From positions 992,001 to 1,056,000 of the forward strand of contig OZ242311.1 in NCBI GenBank assembly GCA_965207885.1: a stretch of DNA of 64,000 nt, in the 5' to 3' direction. Origin of the DNA: Candidatus Latescibacterota bacterium (GTDB lineage: Bacteria; Latescibacterota; UBA2968). The notes under the pieces were generated by a model, which had not been told where the DNA came from, did no database searches, and saw only the letters and a list, made by a program, of their open reading frames with translations. The first letter of the stretch is position 1; every line of letters begins with the position of its first letter. The position numbers and the translations under genes are program-made. Below are positions 9,738-18,730 of the stretch, piece after piece.

Positions 9738-10097
9738 ATGAGTTTGCTTCAAAAAATAAAGTCTGATGACTTCATTTTTTCTATCGGTTATGAAATGCCA
9801 CCCAAAGCGATGCGATATGTTCTTGTAAGGACCGAAGAGTGCAAGCAGCTTCGAGATGCATATTGGAGTGGGGATTTATCAGAGGCAGAATTGCGTGGAT
9901 ATATACAGAGTTTACTGGCAGTATTTGTGTCTGGTGAAAAGTTTTACTATGATATGACATTATCGTTGATAGCAGTTGCTCTGGAGCCTTTTAACACGCC
10001 TTTTGCTGATGAGTATATCACCACATTGGCTAACCTGGAGCTATCGGAGATGCCTTTGAGTATCCGAGTAGCGAAAATCTGCAAATATCAAAATTGA
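9738..10097 (+). CDS. Hypothetical protein (~119 aa)
   Basis: ORF with GGAG SD before ATG 9738; no recognisable motif. Confidence 0.5.
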   Translation: MSLLQKIKSDDFIFSIGYEMPPKAMRYVLVRTEECKQLRDAYWSGDLSEAELRGYIQSLLAVFVSGEKFYYDMTLSLIAVALEPFNTPFADEYITTLANLELSEMPLSIRVAKICKYQN

Positions 10098-10178
10098 GTG
10101 AAATCGCTATCGTCTTTTTTGGGAATTCGTAAATATACAGAATCGAAAGATCTCGCCTGATTTTTGCGAGGTCTTTTT

Positions 10179-10529
10179 TTAGCGCGTTACATATCTGGGA
10201 CGATTGATTGCTTCTGCGACCTGGATATGTGCTACATCTTCGGTTTTGGGACGTACGACGATGTCGATGTCCCGGTCCAATGCCCGTAAGAAAGACAACA
10301 GACGCTCGATGGAAAATCCGCCCAGTCGCCCGTTTTTGAGTGCGGATACTTTGGGTTGGTCGATGCCGAGAATACCTGCGGCTTTTTTTTGCGTCCAACC
10401 TTTTTGTTGGATGATTTTACTGATTTGAATTGCCAGGTCTGATTTTGCCAACTCTTCATCAGGACGATCAAATCCCAGGTCCTTAAAAACGTTGCCGGAC
10501 CCTACGGTGTAGTTTGCTTTTTCGCTCAT
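10179..10529 (-). CDS. XRE-family HTH antitoxin (HigA-like)
   Basis: 'GSGNVFKDLGF', 'WTQKKAAGILGIDQPKVSAL', 'FSIERL'. Confidence 0.88.
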   Translation of the reverse strand: MSEKANYTVGSGNVFKDLGFDRPDEELAKSDLAIQISKIIQQKGWTQKKAAGILGIDQPKVSALKNGRLGGFSIERLLSFLRALDRDIDIVVRPKTEDVAHIQVAEAINRPRYVTR

Positions 10530-10885
10530 GTTTTGTTTTCCTTTACGATTTGTTCTGCCATTTGCAAACGTCTTTTTATGGTATCCAGATCGCGTTTTGT
10601 GGTTGCAATACCGCGTTTTGATTTTTTTTGAAAGACGTGCAAGACATAAATGTTGTCGTCAATTTTGATTGCATAAACTGCTCGATAGGTGTTGGTTGCA
10701 TAGTTGATAACAATTTCAATGACGCCAGAGAAGCCTTTTAACATTTTTGCTTTGTGAGATCTTTCTCCGATTTCCTCCATGTGAAGTGCGTGTCCGATTT
10801 CTCGTTTGACTTCATCTGGGAGTTTCCGCAGGTCTCTTAGCGATGAACCGATCCAGATAACAGGTTTTTGCGGTTTTTCATACAT
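10526..10885 (-). CDS. RelE/ParE-superfamily toxin (Gp49/DUF891-like)
   Basis: 'VIWIGSSLRDL', 'TYRAVY', 'YVLHVFQKKS'; stop overlaps antitoxin start, toxin-first order. Confidence 0.88.
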   Translation of the reverse strand: MYEKPQKPVIWIGSSLRDLRKLPDEVKREIGHALHMEEIGERSHKAKMLKGFSGVIEIVINYATNTYRAVYAIKIDDNIYVLHVFQKKSKRGIATTKRDLDTIKRRLQMAEQIVKENKT

Positions 10886-10946
10886 AAGATATAATATGCT
10901 AAATCCAGCATATTTATGCAAGTTCATTTTTTAGGGGGGATTCGCA

Positions 10947-12335
10947 GTGTCTCGTCAACCCAATATAGTAGTTATTATCACAGATCAGCAGCGCACGGAT
11001 ACGATGGCGTGTTATGGCAATGAGTGGATTCAGTCGCCGCATCATGACGCGTTGGCTGCGCGGAGTTTTGTTTTTGAGAATGCCTATGTGACGCAGGCGG
11101 TTTGTACGCCGGCGCGGGGGTCGCTGATTACCGGGCTTTATCCGCATTCGCATGGGTGTGTGGTCAATGGGATCCCGCTGAGGGAGGAGACGTTATCCAT
11201 TGCGGAGATGATGCCCGATACGTACCGCAAGGGGTATGTGGGCAAGTGGCATTTGGGAGATGATGGCAACTGTCAGCACGGGTTTGACGAGTGGTGCAGT
11301 ATTGCGGATGGGTGTGGGTATCAACAGTGGTTGCTGGATCAGGGCTTTGTTCCGGATGTGCCCAACAGGTTTACGCCCCAACAACGCGCGGAGATGCCGG
11401 CTTCCGCGCAGATTGGGGCTTATGTGGGCGCGGAGTCCGAGCGGTTTATTCGCGAGAATACGGAGCGGCCATGGCTGCTCGTTGCCAGTACGTTTGAGCC
11501 GCATCCGCCTTATCGGGGACCTTATGACGGGTTGTACGATCCGGAGGAGATTCCGGTGGGACCGACGTTTTTGAAGCATCCGGAAGGGCATTCGCTGTTT
11601 AATCGCGTGCGTTCGGATTTTTATCGCAATACCACGGATGCGCGGGTTGTGGCAGAAGATATGACGCGGGATGAGAATTGGCGGAAGTTGCGGGCGCAGT
11701 ATTTGGGCAATGTGAAAATTGTGGATGATGCCATTGGCAAGATGGTGCTGGCACTGGATGAGACGGGTCAGATGGAGAATACGATTTTTGTGTTTACGAG
11801 TGATCACGGCGAGATGGCGGGCGATCACCGCATGTGGGAGAAACGGGCGTTTTACGAGGAGTCGGCGCGGGTTCCGTTTTTGATGCATGTGCCGTGGTTG
11901 AGTGCGGAACAGACGCGGGTGGATGGGGTGTTTGGTCACGCGGATCTGGTTCCGACGCTTTTGGATCTGGCAGGACTGCCGATTCCAGACCAGTGTCAGG
12001 GTGAGAGTGTGGCGGGTGCGTTGACGGGTGAGCGCGATTTGAGGGAGCACATGGCGTTTATGGAGTGGAATGGGATTGGTGACCGCAATTTGGGGAATCC
12101 CGATATCAATTTGGTGGCGACGCTGCCGTGGCGCTGTGTTGTGACGGGCGACCGGTGGAAGTTGAACTTGTGTGCGGGCGATCAGTGCGAGTTATTCGAT
12201 TTGAATACGGATCCTTTTGAGGAGAATAATTTGTTCGATGCGCCCGAGTACCGGGATCGCGTTCGCAGTATGGCGGCGGCGATTCGCTTGTGGCAGCACG
12301 AGACGGGCGATACGGCACCTTTGCCGAGTATTTGA
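10947..12335 (+). CDS. Sulfatase (Cys-type)
   Basis: 'PNIVVIITDQQR', 'CTPARGSLITG', 'GKWHL', 'PHPP', 'SDHG'. Confidence 0.9.
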   Translation: MSRQPNIVVIITDQQRTDTMACYGNEWIQSPHHDALAARSFVFENAYVTQAVCTPARGSLITGLYPHSHGCVVNGIPLREETLSIAEMMPDTYRKGYVGKWHLGDDGNCQHGFDEWCSIADGCGYQQWLLDQGFVPDVPNRFTPQQRAEMPASAQIGAYVGAESERFIRENTERPWLLVASTFEPHPPYRGPYDGLYDPEEIPVGPTFLKHPEGHSLFNRVRSDFYRNTTDARVVAEDMTRDENWRKLRAQYLGNVKIVDDAIGKMVLALDETGQMENTIFVFTSDHGEMAGDHRMWEKRAFYEESARVPFLMHVPWLSAEQTRVDGVFGHADLVPTLLDLAGLPIPDQCQGESVAGALTGERDLREHMAFMEWNGIGDRNLGNPDINLVATLPWRCVVTGDRWKLNLCAGDQCELFDLNTDPFEENNLFDAPEYRDRVRSMAAAIRLWQHETGDTAPLPSI

Positions 12336-12346
12336 GGAGAATAAAA

Positions 12347-13168
12347 ATGGGTTTTTCGTATTGTTTGAATACCAGCACGATTCGCAATGAGGGTGTTTCG
12401 GTGGTCGATGCCATCGATATTGCGGCGGATGCGGGTTATGATGGGATTGAGCCGTGGGTGGCAGAAATTGATGCGTGGGTTGTGGGGGGTGGTTCGCTGT
12501 CTGAGATACGCGATAAGGCAGCGGATAGGGGGATTCAGATTGTCAATTTGATCGCGTTTTTTGAGTGGTCAGTGCCAGAGGATGAGGAGCGGGCAAAGGG
12601 GCTTGAAGAGGCGCATCGCTGTTTTGAGATGGCCGATGCGCTCAATTGCACGTATGTCGCGGCACCGCCTTTTGGGATTCGAGACCGGGATGTGGATTTG
12701 TTTTCTGTGGCGCGTCGCTACGGTGAGTTGATGGATGAGGTTGCCGGGTTTCAGGCGAAACCTCTGTTGGAGTTTTGGGGTATTGCGCAGACTCTGGGTA
12801 CGTTGGGCGAGGCTTTGCTCGTGGCGGCTGAATGCGGGCGGCCCAATACGGTGTTGCTGGCGGATGTTTATCATATGTACAAGGGGAGTGGACATTTTCA
12901 CGGGCTGGAACATCTGGGTCCGGGCAAGTTGGGGTTGGTGCATGTGAATGATTATCCAGCGTCGCCCGGCAGGGATACCATAACAGATGCGGATCGGGTT
13001 TATCCGGGGGATGGTTTGGCGCCCTGGGCAGAGATTGTGGCGGGGTTTGAGAGTGCGGGGTATGAGGGGATGTTGTCTCTGGAGTTGTTTAATCCGGGTT
13101 ATTGGGAGAAGGGGTCTGTTGTGGTTGCTGAAGAGGGTCTGGCAAAGCTCAAGGCGTGTGTGGAATGA
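12347..13168 (+). CDS. Sugar phosphate isomerase/epimerase (xylose-isomerase-like TIM barrel)
   Basis: 'GYDGIEPW', 'LEF', 'DVYH', 'VHVND', 'SLELFN'; SD GAGGAG. Confidence 0.85.
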   Translation: MGFSYCLNTSTIRNEGVSVVDAIDIAADAGYDGIEPWVAEIDAWVVGGGSLSEIRDKAADRGIQIVNLIAFFEWSVPEDEERAKGLEEAHRCFEMADALNCTYVAAPPFGIRDRDVDLFSVARRYGELMDEVAGFQAKPLLEFWGIAQTLGTLGEALLVAAECGRPNTVLLADVYHMYKGSGHFHGLEHLGPGKLGLVHVNDYPASPGRDTITDADRVYPGDGLAPWAEIVAGFESAGYEGMLSLELFNPGYWEKGSVVVAEEGLAKLKACVE

Positions 13169-14433
13169 GTTCGAAAAATATTTTTGGCAATGCGCTGCCC
13201 GCGCGCGTGCCGTTTTATTACGGATGGGTGGTTCTGATTTTTGCGGCGGTTGCGATGGTGGCGACGCTGCCGGGCAGAAGTGTTGGTATTGGTTTGATTA
13301 CAGAGCCTTTGATCGCGGATCTGGGGATTTCCCGGCTCGATTTTGCCGGGATGAATTTCTGGGCGACTATTTTTGGGGCGTTGTTCAATTTGATCTGCGG
13401 TGTAAGTATTGATCGCTTTGGGGTTCGCGCTGTTGTGACGTCGGTGCTATCTGTTCTGAGTCTGGTGGTTTTGGGTTTTAGTCAGGTGGCGGGTGGTGGT
13501 ATTGTTTTGCTTTTGTTGCTGGTTTTGATGCGGGGTGTGGGGCAGAGCGCGCTGTCTGTAGTTAGTTTGACGATGGTTGGCAAGTGGTTTGTGCGGCGGT
13601 TGAGTGTTGCGATGGGTATTTTTGCCGTGCTTATGAGTCTGGGTTTTGCGGTTGCTATTGTTGTTGCTGGCGATGTTGTGCTCAAGCAGGGTTGGCGGGT
13701 TATGTGGTCGGGGCTGGGGTGGATTTTGATGGTTCTATCTGGTTTGTGTCTGTTATTTGTTCGTCGAGATCCGGAGGCGGTTGGGCTGGATACCGAGGTT
13801 GTGAAAGGTGATGAGGCACAGGAGCCGGTGATTGGGTTTACGCTCGTACAGGCGTTGATGACACCGGCTTTTTATGTGTTTGCTATTGGTAGTGCGCTTT
13901 ACAATCTGGTTATTGCGGGGGTGATGCTGTTCAATCAGTCTATATTGGGCGAGTTGGGGTTTGATGAGACGGTGTTTCAATACGCGATGGCGGTGTTTAT
14001 GGCGACGGGGTTATTGGGGAATTTTACAGCGGGGTGGGCGGCGCGCCGATGGTCTTTGGGCAGGCTGATGACGATTGCGATGCTGGCGGTTGGCGTTTAT
14101 TTGCTCGCGTTTCCGGAGCTTAAAACATCGGGGCAAGCTCTGGTACATGCGGGGTTGTTGGGGTTTTCAGGCGGTGTGGTTTCGGTGATTTTTTTTACGG
14201 CGTGGGCAGATATTTTTGGCCGTCTTCATCTGGGTAAGATTCAGGGCGCAGCACAGGTGTTTGCGGTTTTGGCTTCTGCAACAGGTCCGTGGTTTATTGA
14301 ATCTGTTTTTAGTTCTGCGGGGTCTTATGCACCCGCGTTTTACGCGCTGGCGCCAGCGGTGTTGATAGTTGCCGTTTTTGCCTGGTTTGTGAATATTCCC
14401 AGGCCAGAAGATGCGCCGGTATTAGGCCAGTAA
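13165..14433 (+). CDS. MFS transporter
   Basis: About 12 hydrophobic segments, 'IDRFGVR' motif-A-like; ATGA overlap with upstream gene. Confidence 0.85.
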   Translation: MSSKNIFGNALPARVPFYYGWVVLIFAAVAMVATLPGRSVGIGLITEPLIADLGISRLDFAGMNFWATIFGALFNLICGVSIDRFGVRAVVTSVLSVLSLVVLGFSQVAGGGIVLLLLLVLMRGVGQSALSVVSLTMVGKWFVRRLSVAMGIFAVLMSLGFAVAIVVAGDVVLKQGWRVMWSGLGWILMVLSGLCLLFVRRDPEAVGLDTEVVKGDEAQEPVIGFTLVQALMTPAFYVFAIGSALYNLVIAGVMLFNQSILGELGFDETVFQYAMAVFMATGLLGNFTAGWAARRWSLGRLMTIAMLAVGVYLLAFPELKTSGQALVHAGLLGFSGGVVSVIFFTAWADIFGRLHLGKIQGAAQVFAVLASATGPWFIESVFSSAGSYAPAFYALAPAVLIVAVFAWFVNIPRPEDAPVLGQ

Positions 14434-14450
14434 TTCAGAAGATTTTGGTT

Positions 14451-14482
14451 GTCATCGCGGCAGGGTTTTAGCCGCGATCCAG
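14451..14482 (+). repeat. REP-like palindrome copy
   Basis: GTCATCGCGGCAGGGTTTTAGCCGCGATCCAG. Confidence 0.9.
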
Positions 14483-14509
14483 TCTCAAATAGTTTTTAGA
14501 GGGGTGTGT

Positions 14510-17500
14510 ATGAAGTGGATCTTTATTTTTGCTGTTGGTATGGCCAGTGCGGCGATGGCGCAGGATATGCCCTGGCGCTATGATTTTGAGGAGAGGTCTG
14601 GATCCTATCGGGCAGATGCGGGTAGCGAGGTGTCGCTTTCGACGAGACGTTATAAAGAGGGACAGCACTCCTTGAAGTGGTCATGGCAGAATAACGGGCG
14701 GCTTTTGTTCACGGATCCCGCGCCGGGACGCAATAAGGCGCTGACCGGGTTTCGGGCGTGGGTGTATAACGAGGTGGCGCTCGATGAGGTGCTGACGTTT
14801 CGGTTTGGGACAGAGTCTGAATTGGCTGCAAATAATCCGCGTTATCAGTTTGAGTTTGGCTTGAATTTTACGGGCTGGCGGGCGATGTGGATCCATTTGC
14901 GGGATGATGCGCGGAACAGATCTTATGAGGGGTCGCGAAGTGGACGGGCGACGGCGTTTGAAATCAGGGCACCGAATAGCGGGGCTGTTTATCTGGATCT
15001 GGTGGAGTTGGTGGAGAGGATTCACCCCAGGCGGTCTCCAGATGCACAGGTTCCTTATGTCAATGCAGATAGAGCAGATAGGAGCCGCGAATATCGGTGG
15101 AGTCTGAATACATTGCCGGGTCCGCTTCCTACAGAGATAACTGATGATGAGAGACAGGCGTTTGAGACGATTGCGGCGCGATATGAGGCCTGGGTGCTGG
15201 GCAATGGGGTGAAGGATGACCAGCGGGAGCCTATGAAAATTAGGCTCAATGAGCTTGAAGCCTACATAAGGCGCGGGTATCGCAGTCTGGCGGATTACGA
15301 GATTCGACGCGAGGGTGATCGCATTTTGGGGAAGCCTCTGTTTGCCGAGTTGTCGCCCTATGAACCCCTTTTTCAGAGTGTTTTTCAGGGTGTTTTGTTG
15401 CGTCTGGTGCTGGATTATCGGTTGAATGGCAATGAGGAGGCCAGAGATCGGACACTGGATGTGTTCGATTATTTGCACGATCAGGGTTGGGCAGATGGCA
15501 GTGGTGTTGGGGCGATGCACCACGAGTTTTTGCGGGTTGCTGGCTATGCCCACGCGGTGTATTTGATGCGGGATGTTTTGCAGAGCAAGGGGATACTGGC
15601 GCGAGAGTTGGCGACGCTGAAATGGTTCAGTATGTTTGGCGAGTTGTATGAGGATCCGCAAGTGCTGGGCGCGAATGCGGATTTTATACGTTCGGTGGCG
15701 ATGTATCGGCTGTTGTGCATTTTGATGATGGACGATTCGCCCGAGAAGGTGGCGAATATGCGTTGCTATATCGCGTGGCTCAATAATGCACTATCTATTG
15801 CGCCTGGGTGGCTGGATACGATTAAGCCGGATTACACGGGATTTCACCATCGGGGTATTTACGCGGGTGGGTATGCGCCAAATGCTTTTCATGTGGCTTC
15901 TGTGCTGGTGTATTTGTTGTATGATACGCCTTTTGCAGTTGCGGATGATAAGCGCGATAATTTGAAGCAGGCGCTGTTGACGTCCAGGATTATGGCGAAT
16001 ACGTACGATATTTCAATGGCTGTTAATGGTCGTTTTCCGCGGAATACAGCGGTGGCTACCAAACTGTTGCCGGCGTATATGTATGTGGCTTTGAGCTATT
16101 CTCCGGTGGATGCGGAATTATCGGGCGCGTTTATGCAGCTTTGGAAACCGGATTCGCAGTTGCTGATAGAAGATATGTTTGAGCGGGTATCGGTGCGGCT
16201 GATGTATTTGCACACGCCGGGTGCGATGCAGATGATGGCAGATTTTGCAGAGGCGGGGTACGCACCTGCCGCTCCGCCGTCCGGGCACTGGACTCTGCCT
16301 TATGGCGCGCTGTCCATTCATCGGCGTGGGGACTGGATGGTGAGTATGAAGGGGTGGGGTAAATATGTGTGGGATTACGAGTCGTCGGGGAGGAATAATC
16401 CGCTCGGTCGTTATTTGAGCTATGGTTCGATGCTGGTTTACGCGAATGGCGATCCTGTTGGCCGGGAGGCGAGTGGGATTGTGCGAGATGGATGGGATTG
16501 GAGTATGTGGCCCGGTACGACGGCGATTCGCCTGAGTCATGAGCAGCTCAAACACGAGGGACGCGATCGCAATTTTTCAGATGAGACTTTTGTGGGTGGG
16601 GTGAATCTGAAAGGGCAAGATGGCGTGTTCGCGCTGAAGTTGCACGATACGAGATTCAATACGAGTTTTCGGGCGGTTAAGACGGTGTTCTGTTTTGACG
16701 ATGTGCTGGTTTGTCTGGGGTCGGATATTGAGAATGATGATGGTGGGCCTGCGACGGTGACGCCGCTGTTTCAGGCGGCTATTTCTGAGGACCGTTCTAC
16801 GGAGGTGAATGGGGAGCGTGTGGGTGCGATTCCTTATGCGTTTTCGGGGATGGCGGGGCAGACGACATGGCTAATGGATTCTCTGGGCAATGGGTATGTG
16901 GTTCCAGATGGGGGCGATTTGCGGGTGCAGCGCCAGGTGCAGATTTCTAAAAATTATGGCAGGGATAGCGGCGGTACAGGGGCTTTTGAACTGGCGTATC
17001 TGGATCACGGTCCTATGCCTCAGGGTGCGTCGTATCACTATGCCGTGCTGGTTCAGAGGTCGCCGGATAGGGTGCGTGCGTTTGCGAGTTCACCGGAATA
17101 CGATGTGTGGCGGCAAGATGGTCAGGCACATATTGTGCATCACCGGGGGATGAAGGCGACGGGTTACGCGCTATTCGATAAGGATGCGAGGCCGACAGAT
17201 GGTCCGGTTGAGGGTGTGTCTTTGCCGAGTTTGGTGATGGTTCGAGAAGTGGATGATGGGTTATTGCTTTCGATGGCTGATCCGGATTTTGGGTGGAACT
17301 GGGAGATCCAGACGCCGCATCGGCAGGATGGTACGCTGGTTGTCAATCAGGCGAGTGAGCCTCGGAAGGTAGAGGTGACTGTGCGGGGGACATGGCGTCT
17401 GGATGGCAGATATGATCTGGCGAACGCAAGGGTTCAGTCGGATCAGACGGTTGTGGCGTTTACGTGTCAGGATGGCAAGGGCGTAGAGGTGAAGTTGGTG

Positions 17501-17533
17501 AGGGCGGATAGGCGTTTGGAGATAAAAAATTAA
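14510..17533 (+). CDS. Secreted polysaccharide lyase family 8, chondroitin sulfate ABC lyase-like
   Basis: Signal peptide; 'FGLNFTGWR', 'DQGWADGSG', 'KPDYTGFHH', 'GRYLSYG', 'GWDWSMWPGTT'; ~1007 aa. Confidence 0.85.
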   Translation: MKWIFIFAVGMASAAMAQDMPWRYDFEERSGSYRADAGSEVSLSTRRYKEGQHSLKWSWQNNGRLLFTDPAPGRNKALTGFRAWVYNEVALDEVLTFRFGTESELAANNPRYQFEFGLNFTGWRAMWIHLRDDARNRSYEGSRSGRATAFEIRAPNSGAVYLDLVELVERIHPRRSPDAQVPYVNADRADRSREYRWSLNTLPGPLPTEITDDERQAFETIAARYEAWVLGNGVKDDQREPMKIRLNELEAYIRRGYRSLADYEIRREGDRILGKPLFAELSPYEPLFQSVFQGVLLRLVLDYRLNGNEEARDRTLDVFDYLHDQGWADGSGVGAMHHEFLRVAGYAHAVYLMRDVLQSKGILARELATLKWFSMFGELYEDPQVLGANADFIRSVAMYRLLCILMMDDSPEKVANMRCYIAWLNNALSIAPGWLDTIKPDYTGFHHRGIYAGGYAPNAFHVASVLVYLLYDTPFAVADDKRDNLKQALLTSRIMANTYDISMAVNGRFPRNTAVATKLLPAYMYVALSYSPVDAELSGAFMQLWKPDSQLLIEDMFERVSVRLMYLHTPGAMQMMADFAEAGYAPAAPPSGHWTLPYGALSIHRRGDWMVSMKGWGKYVWDYESSGRNNPLGRYLSYGSMLVYANGDPVGREASGIVRDGWDWSMWPGTTAIRLSHEQLKHEGRDRNFSDETFVGGVNLKGQDGVFALKLHDTRFNTSFRAVKTVFCFDDVLVCLGSDIENDDGGPATVTPLFQAAISEDRSTEVNGERVGAIPYAFSGMAGQTTWLMDSLGNGYVVPDGGDLRVQRQVQISKNYGRDSGGTGAFELAYLDHGPMPQGASYHYAVLVQRSPDRVRAFASSPEYDVWRQDGQAHIVHHRGMKATGYALFDKDARPTDGPVEGVSLPSLVMVREVDDGLLLSMADPDFGWNWEIQTPHRQDGTLVVNQASEPRKVEVTVRGTWRLDGRYDLANARVQSDQTVVAFTCQDGKGVEVKLVRADRRLEIKN

Positions 17534-17572
17534 TGGCATGGCTCTTGACTCAAATGGGGATATGGGATAAAT

Positions 17573-17750
17573 TGGATCGCGGCCCCGTATTACAACCTAC
17601 GGGACATGCTTTAATCATGCCGCGATGACTATCGCTTGGGAGCCTGCCCCGTAGTGCTTGCCGTATAGAATCATTACGGCACATGCTTATACGGGGTCAC
17701 GCCCCTGCTTAAGGCATACAGGGGCAGGCTCTGCATGTCTTAAGCAGGCG
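17573..17750. repeat. Composite cluster of nested palindromes, including a reversed REP-like copy with an inserted hairpin
   Basis: TGGATCGCGGC...CATGCCGCGATGAC interrupted by CCCGTA..TACGGG; further CCCCGTA..TACGGGG and CCTGCTTAAG..CTTAAGCAGG stems. Confidence 0.75.
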
Positions 17751-17797
17751 TCCAGGATGGTCGTATTTATCGTTGTTTCTATTTTTTGGAGGATTGG

Positions 17798-18409
17798 ATG
17801 ATTTTTGAGGACGATGTGATCCTCGAGGATGAGGATAAAGAGGAAGACGGCGCGTCGAAGAACGGTATTTTGAACAAGGGACTGATAGATGCGCGTACGA
17901 TTTTGATTTCCGATTCCGTGGATCACAAATTGACGGCTAAGGTGACGGCGCAGTTGCTGTTTTTGGATCATGAAGATCCAGAAAAACCGATTAAAATTTT
18001 TATTAATTCGCCCGGCGGTAGCGTGTACGATGGGTTTGCGATTTACGATATGATCCGATTTATCCGCCCCAGAGTGAAGATTATCAGTGCGGGTCTGTCA
18101 GCCAGTGCAGCGACGGTGATTATGATGGCGGCAGATAAGGCAGATCGGTTGGCTTTGCCAAATTCTCGTCTTATGATTCACCAGCCTTCGATGCGGTTTC
18201 AAGGGGTGGCTGAAGATGTGCGACGCACGGCTGAGGAGGTCGTGAAGATTAAGAAGAAGATTAACGAGATGTATGCCGATGAGACCGGTCAGCCACTTGA
18301 AAAGATTGAGGAAGATACGGATCGAGATTATTGGATGAGTCCCGATGAGGCTGTGGAATACGGGTTGATCAGTCGGGTTGTGAATGGGTTTGATGAGATA
18401 GATGGGTGA
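17798..18409 (+). CDS. clpP: ATP-dependent Clp protease proteolytic subunit
   Basis: 'INSPGG', 'GLSASAA' (Ser), 'IHQP' (His), 'DRDYWM' (Asp). Confidence 0.93.
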   Translation: MIFEDDVILEDEDKEEDGASKNGILNKGLIDARTILISDSVDHKLTAKVTAQLLFLDHEDPEKPIKIFINSPGGSVYDGFAIYDMIRFIRPRVKIISAGLSASAATVIMMAADKADRLALPNSRLMIHQPSMRFQGVAEDVRRTAEEVVKIKKKINEMYADETGQPLEKIEEDTDRDYWMSPDEAVEYGLISRVVNGFDEIDG

Positions 18410-18435
18410 AGTCAATTAAAAATTAGGAATTGATA

Positions 18436-18597
18436 TGCACAGCGCGTAAGTCCGTCTCGCAGCGGACATCCGTTGTCCATCCAAACTTGAAAGGCCACCT
18501 TCTTTTGTGTTTGCATACAAACGATTTGCGCTGTGCAAGCCCCCCGCAGGGGCGCCCTTTTTTTGCTTCATTTTTTTGGGCGCGCAAAAAAATGAAG
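18436..18597. repeat. Structured intergenic element (MITE/repeat-like)
   Basis: 10-bp arms 18436-18445/18528-18537 and perfect 12-bp stem CTTCATTTTTTT/AAAAAAATGAAG at 18566-18597. Confidence 0.45.
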
Positions 18598-18730
18598 TCG
18601 CCGAAGGCATGAAAAGGAAATATATAGAAAAACTCTATTTATACCACAACAGTAGGAATTATGCACACCGCATCTATTTTTTTGAAAAGTCTCCTGAGCA
18701 AGGGGGCTTTTCTTTTTTGAGAATTGGTGA

